From Emiliania huxleyi CCMP1516 (Eukaryota): a stretch of DNA of 64,000 nucleotides. Under the pieces are notes generated by a model, which was not told the DNA's origin, searched no databases, and worked only from the letters and a program-made list of their open reading frames with translations. The stretch's first letter is position 1. Each line of letters opens with the position of its first letter. Below, one piece after another: positions 47,460 through 59,030 of this stretch. The position numbers were made by a program, and so were the translations under genes. The DNA is taken from the NCBI RefSeq assembly GCF_000372725.1, contig NW_005201791.1, positions 1-64,000 on the forward strand, in the 5' to 3' direction.

Positions 47460-49115
47460 ATGATGGAAAACAAGCCGTCCCACACGCCGCCCTCACCACC
47501 GGAGTCGCCGCCAGAGGTGGAGCAAGAGACAGTTCGCATCCCCCTCTTCCTTCTCGATCCGGACGTGGACGGAAACGGCGATGTCTCCCACGCCGAGAAG
47601 AAGATCCACGGCTGCCTCCTCGCCGCCGACAAGGACGGGAACGGCTGGCTCTCGACCAAGGAGTTCTACTCCGTCCTCTCGGGCTTTCTGTCGGCGGAGA
47701 AGGGGCGCCTCCTCTACAAGAAGCTGGCCATCTTCTCCTTGGTCGGCTGCGTCATCCTCGCGTGCACCACGCTCGGCACGTCGACTGCGGCGGCGGTGCT
47801 CGCGAAGGAGTCCTTTGTCAGCGAGACACTGATGGTCGACGCGGACGGCAAGGTGGTCGCGGTGGCCAAGGCGGAGACGAGCTTGCCGCTCCTCGTCGCG
47901 CCGGTTCTCTCGCCCGAGCAGCTCGCATCGATCGAGAAGATGACGGTCACCTACAAGAGCGACGGGGCGCCGGACGGCGGCAAAGAGGAGGCCGTGCAGG
48001 CCTCGCTCTACGTCAGCCACGTCAAGCGCTTCTCTAAGACTCGCGTCACCTTCGAGCTTGCCTTCCCGGGAGGGCTTGTGCAGGTCTGGGACGGCGCCGC
48101 GACGTATAGGGACGCGGAGGCCGTTCAGCACAACCTGTGCTTCGCCAAGGTGGGATGCGCGGCCTTCTCTGTTGACGACGCGGGCGAGGCGGAAAAGTTG
48201 GTGGCGGAGGCGGAGGAGGCGCTCGCGGCCGCCGGGCTGGAGGGGCGGCGCTTGGGTACCAGCATTGGCGGCTGCTCGATGCCGATGGGCTCGCCGTCGC
48301 CGGGCGGCTGCTCGATGTCCACGCCGCAGGCGGACTGCACGGTGGCCAACTGCGGTGCCGGTTGGATGTACATGGGCACCATGTGCATGCAGATGTCAAT
48401 GCCGTCTCCGCCGCCCTCGCCTCCTCCGCCGTCGCCGTCGCCGCCGCCGTCGCCGCCGCCCTCGCCTCCTCCGCCCTCTCCGCCGCCGTCGCCGCCGCCC
48501 TCGCCTCTTCCGCAGTCGCCGTCGCCGCCGCCGCCGCCGCCGCCCTCGCCTCCTCCGCCGACGCCGCCGCCGTCTACGCCACCTCTTTGCGGCGATTCAC
48601 CAACATGGGCGGATCTGTGGGGAGACGGTTGCAGGTGGTATGGTGCAAACGATCCGGGCTGTACCACGTACGAGGACTATGGGCAGAGCGCGAATTGCAG
48701 GGCGGCGTGTGGATATTGTGGAGTGCCGCCCTCGCCTCCTCCGCCGACGCCGCCGCCGTCGCCTCCGCCGCCCTTAGTCCCGCCCACGCCCAACTTCCCG
48801 CCCAACTTCCCGCGCACCTGGTGCGATCTCGGCTTCCCCGGCCCCGGCCGCGTCTGCTGTGCCGCTTCGTGCGGCAGATGCGGCGGAATGGGTTGCTCCA
48901 TGCTTGAAGGAGGAAGTTCCAAGTGCTGCCCAGGCCCTATCAAGAAGCTTGAGAGGCTGTGCGAAGACTACGAAGATACCGCGTGCATGATGCCGAATGA
49001 CAGACGGGCCCTGGTCGAGGCGGATGAGCAAGCTGAGATCGACGAGGTGGAGGTGCAAGGCCACGACGACATTCTTTTCTCGACTGGGTGGGTGGGAGGC
49101 GCTCGCGCAAAGTAG
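47460..49115 (+). CDS. EF-hand pair, one TM helix and a Pro/Cys-rich ectodomain
   Basis: [12 protein letters not shown] and [32 protein letters not shown] runs; modules CGD..W.D..GDGC.WY and [15 protein letters not shown]. Confidence 0.8.
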   Translation: MMENKPSHTPPSPPESPPEVEQETVRIPLFLLDPDVDGNGDVSHAEKKIHGCLLAADKDGNGWLSTKEFYSVLSGFLSAEKGRLLYKKLAIFSLVGCVILACTTLGTSTAAAVLAKESFVSETLMVDADGKVVAVAKAETSLPLLVAPVLSPEQLASIEKMTVTYKSDGAPDGGKEEAVQASLYVSHVKRFSKTRVTFELAFPGGLVQVWDGAATYRDAEAVQHNLCFAKVGCAAFSVDDAGEAEKLVAEAEEALAAAGLEGRRLGTSIGGCSMPMGSPSPGGCSMSTPQADCTVANCGAGWMYMGTMCMQMSMPSPPPSPPPPSPSPPPSPPPSPPPPSPPPSPPPSPLPQSPSPPPPPPPSPPPPTPPPSTPPLCGDSPTWADLWGDGCRWYGANDPGCTTYEDYGQSANCRAACGYCGVPPSPPPPTPPPSPPPPLVPPTPNFPPNFPRTWCDLGFPGPGRVCCAASCGRCGGMGCSMLEGGSSKCCPGPIKKLERLCEDYEDTACMMPNDRRALVEADEQAEIDEVEVQGHDDILFSTGWVGGARAK

Positions 49116-50953
49116 CAGGGGGCGGGCGCCGCCGGCCGGGAGCGCTTGTCGGGTCCCTCTCTGTCAAATCTGATATCATAAGTCGAATCAGAGCGGCGTC
49201 GGCGTTGATCTGAGCCGCCGTGTGTGACACATATTGCGGCATCGGCCCGGAGGGCCGGGTAGGAGGGGTCTAGGTTACCTCTACCTCTGAGGGCCTGCGG
49301 CCCTCTTATCGATGCGGCACGTGTGACGTGAGTGTCGGTGAGAGACATATATTGGGGTTTGCGGGGAGAGCCCCGCCCCGGGCCCGGCGCGCGCAGCGCG
49401 CGGGGCGTTTTTTATGCAAACATGCAAACGCGGGACGTCTGCGCAGCCTCTAACTATCAAAATTCAACATTTCCACACCACCCGTATTTGCAACTAGTCC
49501 CATGATGCATGAAGAGTCGGTGGCCTCAAGAACGTAAGAGCCGTCTGCCGCTTGCTTGTTTAAAAAGAGCAGGCAAAGAAAGAGGACGCCACGCTGCGGA
49601 AGATGTAAGAGACGAGAGTGCTTGTGTATGAAGACACTCAGCCAACGTGGCTACCACACATCCTGAGCGGACTCCCTAGTCACCCGCGGCCGGACTCCAT
49701 CCGGCACGCGTCGCTGGGCGCTCAGAGCCGCGTCCCCTGCTCGCCACCCCGACGCTCACAAGGCGCCCGAGTCGAACGACAGGCGGCACGCGAAGACTGG
49801 TTGCAATCCCGCCGACCGCCAGGCCGCGGGATGATGTGTGCGTGGTCTTGTAGTGGGTCTCGGAAGCTCCCCTCTCGGGCTAGGAGCCTACCCCTCTCCC
49901 TTCCAGCTCGTCCGCGTCGCCCGCCGCCGCCCGCCTTGCTGGGGGCACGGTGTGCACCGCCTCCGCCGTCCACGCCTCCCGCAACGCCGCGCCGCGGCCC
50001 TCGCCCAGCCGCTGGAATGCTTGGTCGGTCCGCCACCACCGTTCGCCTTGTCCGCCGCTCGGGCCGCCGCCGTCAGCGCCGCGCCCCCGCCGACGAACAC
50101 GAGCGGATACGTGCCACCGCCACCCTCCGGTCCGCAAGAGCTCCTTATCAGCTGGTCGGCCGCCATGTGGGCCTCCGGGCCTGCCGCGGCGGCGCGGCCG
50201 ATCGAGGCCGGGCTCGGCCCGGCCCGCGACGGCTGGCCGCCGACGAGCGCGCTCGCGCTGCTCGTCAAGATGGCGGCGGTGGCGATTGCGGCGACGGTCG
50301 TTCAGTCGTTCAGCGCTCAGGCGTCTGTCGTCTGTCGTCTGTTGTCGCATTTCGCACACGCGCGCGCCGCGCGACCCGCGCGTCGCTCCGCGAGGGCATG
50401 AGCCTTCCGCGATTCGATTTCGCAGCCAAAAGCTGCTGGCTCGAACCGCGGCCGACTCTGCCACCGCGGCTGCAGCTGTTGAGCCCTCCAGAAAACTGGT
50501 GCCTCATATGCTGCCTCCCTGCGGATGCTGCCGGCAGCCTGGCGGTCCGCTGTACCTCAAGGAAGTGCAGACTCGACCCCCCCCCGCAATCTTCTACCCC
50601 CACGACTCGGAACACGAATGTGACAGGACCATCGGGTCCTTCAGCCACCAATGCGAGATCACCCGAGAGCAGCTGAGTCTGCCTCTGGCCTCGCCTCCCT
50701 CTCCTTCAGGCATTTGTGGCATCCTATGGGTCGTCCAGAGTATCGACCTCTGGCGAGTCAGCCAGCCCCACTTTGAGGGCGCCATGAAGTACAGCGATCA
50801 CCATCTCGCTGGCCTCTCCGCAAGGCCTCCCGACCGCGTCGAACTCATCGGCGCGGGCTCTCTCGGCTACGGGACCGGCCCCAGCTTCGGCTGAGGGCTG
50901 ACAAGCTGCCGAGCCCAAATCACGTGAGAGCCGTGATTTCTTGTTGGTTTTCC

Positions 50954-51051
<98 letters not shown>

Positions 51052-51206
51052 GTGGGTGTCGGTGGGCCTGACGCAATGAGACACGCTCCGCTCCAAAAGC
51101 CTCCCGAACGTTGGATTCGCACCGTAACGTCTATCTAACCGCCCGCCGCGCGGCCTGACTCATCATCACCTCACTACCGACCAACGCAGGCGCATCGTCA
51201 CGCGCC

Positions 51207-51305
51207 GGATGTAGAGCTCTACAGCTCTACAGCACTCTACAGCGCTCCAGAGCGCTCTACGTCTCTACAGCTCTACAGCGCTCTACACTCTACATCCTCT
51301 ACACC
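51207..51305. repeat. Small palindromic ctctaca-repeat element
   Basis: Inverted ends ggatgtagag / ctctacatcc with internal ctctaca repeats. Confidence 0.7.
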
Positions 51306-51455
51306 CTCAGCTCGCACCTCAACCTCTCACAGACCAGCGCACAGCGCCATACGAGGACCGGCCGCAGCACATAAAAGGGTGGGCGGGCAGTGGGCGTGTG
51401 TGCGCGCGCGGTGGTGACTGGTGTGTGTGTCCGGTGTGTGTGTGTGTGTGAGTGA

Positions 51456-51498
<43 letters not shown>

Positions 51499-51870
51499 TG
51501 AGAGTGAGTGAGTGAGTGTATTGTGTGACCGCTGTGTGTGTGTGTGTGGACTGTCGACTGTGAAAGGATACAGGACCATCGGGTTTTGAAACAGAGATGA
51601 AGAAAAATGGCATGGCATGCGTGTAACGTGTAAGTATACAGTAACGCGTACTAGTAGTACAGTGAGTGATCTACACCCTTCCCACTAACTGTACCAATCC
51701 TCGCTCCCACCTTCACTTCCAGCCCTAGCAGTCCGCCTGGTCCATGCTGAGCGGCGGCGCGGGAAGGTTAACGCGCTGCGTCGATCCACAGATACAGATG
51801 CGGCACACGCAACGCGCCAAAAGGAGCAGCGAGGTTGGCGTGCCCCGTGGCCTCGCCCTGTGCCTAGCCG

Positions 51871-52933
51871 CTAGTCGGCGGACGCCGCCCTCTGCAGCTC
51901 GCGCGCAGAGGCGAGGAACTCGTCCAAGCCCATCTCGCGCAACAGCACGAGCGCGTGCGCCTAACGAACGACTCAGTCATCGATGAATGGAGGCCCATCT
52001 CTCGCGCAGCAGCACGAGCGCGTGGCGCCGCGCGCAGCTCGCGGCAGCTGTGCGCCGCAAAAGCGTCGGCGCCGAGCAGCGTGGCGAACTCGGCGTACTG
52101 GCGCGCCTGCGCCATCTGCGCGAGGTGCGAGAAGGGCCCGTCGTACTCCGGCGAGGGGAAGGAGGCGTCGAGCTGCGAGAGGAAGCAGGCAGCGAAGGAG
52201 TCATTGAGCGCCGCGGTGTCGGCCGGAGAGCACGCCACGGCGTGCGTCGCTTCGGCGATGGAGAAGCGGAACCAGACGTTGCGGTAGCCCCACACGCGCA
52301 CCGCCCGCGCAGCCTCGGGGTCGCCCTCCCGCCACAGCCGCAGCGCCTCCGCCACCGCCTGAAGCACCTTGAAGTGCGTGTCTGGGCCGGAGCCCTCCGG
52401 GTCGAACGCCACGGTCACCACATCCGGCCTCGTCTCCTAATTGACTCATTCATCACGAGTGGAGCTATTGACTCTCATTGCAGCCGCCACGTCGAGCCCC
52501 GTCTCCTCGAGGGCGGCGAGGATCGGCCTCGCGTCTCGCCGTGTCGGCTCCTCGGTAAAGCGCTCGCCCTTGTAGAAGCCAAGCCGCAGGTGCGACACCT
52601 GTGCCGTCCAAAGCCGTGGTACGCCCAGATTAGCCGAGATCGGCCGAGATCGAGAGCGGCCGAGTATTGGGCCGAGAGTACACCTCGTTCCGCCCGAAGC
52701 CGTGGTAGGCCCAGAGCAGGTCGGCCTCGAACTCGCGCAAGCCGCCCTTGAGGCGCTGGAGCAGCGGCGCATCCTTTGCGCCGTCGAGCTGAGGTGACAT
52801 GTCTCGGGCATGTCACGGACGTGTCGTGGACATGGAGGTCCGAACGGGGCGGCGAGCGGCTCCTGCGATGCGAAGTAGTGCGCCGCGGCGGAGCACGCAT
52901 CTGCGAGGAGGGCGGGAGAGGCGGAGGGAGAGA

Positions 52934-52967
<34 letters not shown>

Positions 52968-54390
52968 TGCACGCGAGAGTGACGACGCCAGCTGCGGGGC
53001 GAATGCGCCGAGCTCCTCCTCCGCCTGTACTCATCATGAATGATGACTGACTCATGCTTGACTCATCAAGGCGAATGCGCGGCTCCTCCTCCGCCTCTCG
53101 CGCAAGCAGCACCTCTTGAGCACACCGCGCTGTCCGCTGAGCCACCGCCGCCCTCAGCCCCGCCTGGTCGCGCGCTGCGAGGGCGGCCAAGTACCTCCTT
53201 GCGTCCGCGTCGGGGCCGGCCGGGCCTATGATATGAGATCAGATGAGATCAGATGAGATCAGATGAGATGAGATGTTTGTCTGTGTGTTTGCATGTGTGT
53301 GTGCAGAGAGAGACCGAGCCTGCGTCTGGCGCCAGTCCTCCTGCCGCACAGAGTGCCGCGAGGGGGGAGTCCTTGCGTCGGAGCTCGGCGGCGGCTGCCT
53401 CGAGCCGCTCGCGCGCGAAGGCATTTGTGACGGCGTTGAAGCCCGACGTGGCGTAGAGGAAGCGGTGCGTTGCGGTCGGGTCACGCACGAGGCGGCGGAC
53501 CAGTGGCAGGTAGCCTGTTCATGTGAACGACAAGTCACGAGTGATAGTCGCGTTAGAGGCGCGGTGCGCCCAGCGGCGGGTACCGAGCATGATGTCGTCA
53601 TGGTGCGGGGCCGTATGGACGTATGACCGGCCAGGCACGTCGGAAGCGCCCGCCGCCAGCCTCGCCTGCAGTGCTTGCTTCACCGCCGCCGCCGCCGCCG
53701 CCACAGCCTCCCTCTCCATCGCCGTTATGCCACGGCCGCCGCTGCCGCCGCCGTTGCTGCCGCCGCCGCCGCCGCCATCGCCGCCGCTGGCGAGGGCGGC
53801 GGCGCAGCGGGGATGGGACGCAACGTCGTCTGGAGTGAGCTGGTCGAGCCGCTTGCCAAGGCAGAGTGCGAGGTCGCAGAATGCGTCCACCGCGGCAGGC
53901 GGAACGGCGGCGGCGGCGGTGGTGGCGGCGGCGGTGGTGGTGGCGGCGGCGGTGGTGGTGGCGGCGGCGGCGCTCCAGCTGGACAGTGGCGGCGCGGCGC
54001 GGAGGGCGGCGATGGCGTCAATGTCGCGCCGCGCCCCGAGCTTGCTTGCAGCTGAGCGGGTCAGTGCGAGCCTAAGGTAAGGCAAGGCAGGGCAAGCGTC
54101 TCCACACACACGAGGTGGTGGGGCAAGGGCCATGCAACCCCCTCGCGACACGTCTAGACGACAGGAGCCCGCGTAAAACGTGCAAAGCCCGGTGTGCGTG
54201 GATGAGCGGTGTGGTGTGCGTGAGCTTGTGGGCGGTGTGAGTGAGTGAGTCAGTCAGTCAGTGAGTGTGAGCGAGTGTGCGAGTGCGTGCTTGCGCGCGT
54301 GTGCGCGCGTGTGCGTGTGTGCGTGTGTGTGCGTGCGTTGCGCGCGTGTGCGTGCGTGCGTGCGTGCGTGCGTGCGTGTGTGCGTGTGTG

Positions 54391-54466
<76 letters not shown>

Positions 54467-56362
54467 AGTGTGCGTGTGTGTGTGCATGTGTGTGTGTGCA
54501 GAGCCTTGCAGAGGGCAAGCAGCGAAGCGCCGAGCCAGGCACCGCGTCGCTCGCGGGCGCCTCGCACGCTCGCTGCACCACCCGCGCCTTCGCATCGCCC
54601 GCTGCCATGAGGTAGGCGACGCAACGCTCGTTGAAGCAGACCGTGCCGAGGCCGATCGTCACCACCTGGGAGAGGAGAGGGCAGTCGCGGGACCCTCGCG
54701 GGCAGCCGGGAGGTGCAAGCAGCAGGGAGATGCAAGCAAGGAGAGGACGCATATGCTGAGAGGTGCCGAACCCATACTGTGACCTCAGAGCATATGGCCA
54801 GGGGATAGGCGGCAGCGGCGTGGAGAGGGGCAGCGTGGGTGGAGCCCACCGCGCCGCGCCGCGCCGCCTCGATCCCGCCCAAATCTCCCGCCGCCGCCGC
54901 CTGCGTCGCGTAGTTTGTCTTGGTCAGCCGCGTCACGGAGTGCCGCCCCGAGCCTAGTCCACACGCGCGGATGACTCACGAACGAACGACTGGCGCCAAT
55001 CCACACACGCGGAGTACTTATGAATCAATCAGTTGGCCAACCGCGTCGTGGAATCCCCCCCCCCCCCCCCCTCCTCCCCCTCCGGCGGCGGCGGCGGCGG
55101 CGGTACGTCTTGGGTCTGCAAGTAGAAGTAGCCCGCACCGGCGCAGTTGAAGGCGACGTGACCGTCCGGACCGATGCCTGCGGGATAAATCGCACCGATG
55201 AGTCGCACCGATGAGTCCCGCCTCGAGGGCATGGGGTGTGGGGAGTACCAAGAGAGATTGGGGCGGAGCTGTTCCGCCTCTAGGAAGTCCGGGCGGAAGC
55301 GCGGCTCTTGTGCAGAGTAGTCAGAGCACCGCGCGAACACGAGGGAGGCGAATACAGCTGAGTACGGCTGAATACGGTGAAGCGCAGCGGAAGACGCGTC
55401 CTCTCGAGCGCTAGTCTTGGAATGCATGAATATACGCTTTCTTCTAGGGCCCGACGCCGCCCAGGAAGAAGCCGATCCCACCCATGCCTCGCACCTTGGC
55501 CTCGAAGTCGCTGCAGTACTGGTCGACCTACGTGCTGAATACACCAACATCAGGGCGGGAATACGGCACTGCGGAGGGAGAGCACCGCGTGAATACAAGG
55601 GAGGCGACTACAGTGAATACGGCTGAATACGGCCGAACACAGCTGAGTACGTGTCCTCTCGAGCGCTACTTGATATACAAGAATCTGTCCCGCTTCTAGG
55701 CTGGTCGACGGCGGCGAGCGCGCGCTTCTGCGCCGCCTCACGTGCCGTGGCCGCCTGCGCACAAGGCATTGGAGTGGCCGCTGCGAGATCACTGCTCTGC
55801 GCCGCCTCGCGCGGACCGCCTCGCGATCGCGCAGCGTAAGGTCGACGCCGTCAGCGAAGAGCTGCCCGGCGTCGCAGCCGGCGTCGCAGCCGAGCGTCCA
55901 GAGGCCGTCCATCAGCAGCGCCTTGTCTGCGTCCAAGCCGATCGCGTCGATGTAGAGCAAGCGCACGTAGTTTGTGAAGCGGTTCGGGTGGTCAGGGTGC
56001 ATCGGGTAAAAGTCGTCGAGCTGGACGAACCGGAGCGAGGCCATATCGGGGACGCCAGCAGAGAGGCTGATCCCTCCTTCCCGCAACAGCTGCAGCGTCG
56101 ACGGGTCGGCCGACGCCCAGCCACGCAGGAGGCGGCTGGTCCAGGCGATAAAGTGCTCTGGTGTCCGGCCGGTTGGCAGCGCAACCACGCCGTCCGGGTG
56201 GCTCTGCGCCCACTCCAGGAATCGGAAGGCGCATAGGCGGCCGAGCGCGGGGAAGCTGTCCACTTCGATGACACCAATCTTCTCTTCGCCGAGCCGGAGG
56301 GCGGAGCGACCGCTGGCAGCAAGGGCCGCTTCCTCGACGGCGGAGCGATCGCTGGCAGCCAT
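51871..56362 (-). CDS. nagB: Glucosamine-6-phosphate deaminase fused to a PIG-L/LmbE-like deacetylase domain (long NagB type); multi-exon
   Basis: [79 protein letters not shown] and [14 protein letters not shown]. Confidence 0.92.
54072..54504 (-). mobile_element. Intron derived from the retroelement 3' end (nagB)
   Basis: (CA/CACG)n, then ggctcctgtcgtc...ccaccacctcgtgtgtgtggaga...ccttaccttag acceptor; aggctc at both junctions. Confidence 0.82.
55178..55457 (-). mobile_element. Introner-like intron copy F (nagB)
   Basis: CTAGAAG start with family motifs; duplication gcgtcgggcc/gcatcggtcc. Confidence 0.75.
55528..55709 (-). mobile_element. Introner-like intron copy G (nagB)
   Basis: CTAGAAGCGG...TTCAGCACGTAG; duplication ctggtcgac at 55519-55527 and 55701-55709; GT donor comes from the duplication. 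Confidence 0.88.
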
Positions 56363-57168
56363 TCTGTGCCGTCGGGGTTTTTGGCCGAGTCAACCCGGAA
56401 GCCTGGCGAGACTGCGTCATCTGTTCCACAGCACATGGCAGGCTGGAAGTACAGTTGTACCTCGCCAGGGTTGGAGCAGCAGTCCTGAGCACGGCGCCGC
56501 AGGCGCCTGTTGATAGGTCCAGGTGATAGCCCTGGATAGGCAATGCATACGCCTCACTGGACCTCAGATCGCCCGACCGCGTCCCGGTGCTCTGCGGTCT
56601 CGGGCACCGCACCCGTGCTGCCACAAAGCACAATGTGCTGCCACAAAGCACCACTAGCGATTTCGCGCGGAGGGCGTAGTGAAGTGCTGGGGCGCTCACT
56701 GTGTGTTATTCGGGTGGGGATCCATCAGTGGTAAGCGGCTTTAGTCACAGATCCAAGCTCAGACGTCACACCAACACCACAAACACGCTCACTTCGCCGC
56801 TGCTGTAGATGGGCCTCCGGGGGCCCATGCTATGTCGAAGCACAGACCCGATCTCGGCACTCACGGGCTGCCACGCGCCCGCGCGCGGCGCGGGCCGCAC
56901 CTCCCATGCCCCCGGGTCACCAATCCCGCCTCTCGGCCCTCTCGGCCCTCAGGAGCGTGCGGGAGACCGGCGAGGGGCGCGCCGCGCGCCGCCTGCAGAG
57001 CCGCCAGAGGCATTGTCGCCTCCGCTGGCGGGGTTCCCGCGCGCCCGCCCGCGCCCGCGCCCGCCCACGCCGCGCCCGCGGGCTCCGGATGCGCCGCCCT
57101 CCTTCTCCTTCTTCTCGATGGCAGTCCACGCGTGCTTGTCGACGGGTCGGCGGCGTGGTCGAGGGGAA

Positions 57169-57632
57169 GGTCGCCGGCGGCCGCAACTCTGCCGCCGTCG
57201 CTCCGCCGGCTCTGATCGAGTATCGGGCGTTGAGGCGGCGGCGCAAAGCGGGTCTGGCGCATCCATCGCCATGCGCCTCGCGGCCGCGGTCGTGGCACAC
57301 CTGGTGGCGGCTCTCGAGGCCGTCTCTACGGCGCTCGACGCCGTGTGAGGTCGCCGGCGGCCGCAACTCCGTGTCTCCGCCGCCGTCGCTCCGCCGGCTC
57401 TGACCGAGTATCGGGCTTTGAGGCTGGCGGCGCAAAGCGGGTCTGGCGCATCCATCGCCACGAGCCTCGCGGCCGCGGTCGTGGCACACCTGGTGGCGGC
57501 TCTCGAGGCCGTCTCTACGGCGCTCGACGCCGTGTGAGGTCGCCGGCGGCCGCACCTCTGCCGCCGTCGCTCCGCCGGCTCTAACCGAGTATATCGGGCG
57601 TTGAGGGCGGAGGCGCAAAGCGGGTCTGGTGC
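57169..57632. repeat. ~180-190 bp tandem repeat, 2.5 copies
   Basis: Units start ggtcgccggcggccgca at 57169, 57349 and 57538. Confidence 0.9.
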
Positions 57633-59030
57633 GCCACGGCCACCACCCTTGCCACCGCCCTTGCCGCCGCCCTTGCCACCCTTTGCCGCCTTGCCTCCGC
57701 CGCGGGCGGAGGTGGGAGCGGCCTGCTGGGCTAGCATGTTGTCCGTGCTGTGGACGGGCACGTGGAACGTCAATTCATGTTCGAACGGCCTCCGGGATTC
57801 AAACAAAAAATAGCCGGGGCCCTCTCGCAATCCCTCCGACCCCCCGGGACCCGTGGGCGTCGAAGAGGCGCTCTCGGGGGGCCGTTCTGAGTTCATGCTA
57901 CCACGAAGCACACTGTGCTGCGTCAAAGCACCGGCCCCGAGTCCGTCTGCCGTCGGATTTGTGACTCCGCCGCACCGCGCCGCGGCCGGGGGCCCTCCGG
58001 AGGCCGAGGATGGCCGTGGCGGACCGGGACGAGCTCTGGGAGGTAAGGTGTCAGTGAGTATATTGTAGAGACTGTCCATGAGCACAATATCTCTAAGTCT
58101 AGCTAAGCCAGGGGAGGCGATGCCGGGCGGGGCCGTACATACAGCAGCTTGATGGTGCTTCGCCGGCGTGCGTCCCGGAGCGGTCCCGGACGGGCGGTCC
58201 GTGGGAGGAAAACGAGGGACCGCGCCGACGGCGCTCTGATTCGACTTTTAACTTCAAACAAAGACAGTCGCACGCGCCGCAGCGCGGCGCGTGCGACTGT
58301 CAGGAGCGGCTGGTCGGCCGCCATGTGGGCCTCCGGGCCCGCTGCGGCGGGGGACGCCGCAAGCTGTCAGAGAAGGAGCATGACGAAGGCGAACACTGCG
58401 AAGTAATTGACTGCCAGATGATCCGAATCGGCTCGTTGCTCGTTCGCAGCACCGTTGGCTCCGGTCCGCGGTTTGAGGGAGGGGCAGCCGCAGCACGAAG
58501 AGCCATGTCAAGAGAGCCGCAGCGAGTGCCAGCAAGACCAGGCGCCAGGCGCGCATCGCCCAGATGGACTGGCGGATCTGCCCAACACACCCGGCACCAA
58601 GCCCCCACAGCGCGGCAGCGGGCCACAAGGTGAGCCTGCAAAGCCCCAAGAGCAGCCAGTGCGCGACTGGGAAGACGGTGACCTGCCAGAGCGCCGGAAC
58701 TAGGAGGATCCACAGAGTGCCGAACAGAACCACGTGTCTTGGGCCCGCTCCTCTTCGAGACGAGGTAAACCTAGCCAAGCAGGGGAGCGACATGGTCGAA
58801 TCCAAAATCTTGGAGCACTTGGAGTGCAGTCATTAGCCTCACATCCAGGGCCGGGGAGCTCAGAAGCGCACCCAGCGGGCCGGATGATCGGGATCGGGTT
58901 GCGGGCAAGAGAGCCCTAGCCCCGGGGGTGCGCGTTCGCAGGGCAAGGGCTGTAAAGTAAACACGGGTCTCCGAGAATCCGATTTTTTTCTGCCAGCACA
59001 TTGGCACTGCTCGCGGCCATCTCGCGCATT

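Noticed and set aside
56949..58805. ORFs 56949-58085 and 58254-58805
   Set aside because: They overlap tandem and dispersed repeats and have no recognisable domain.
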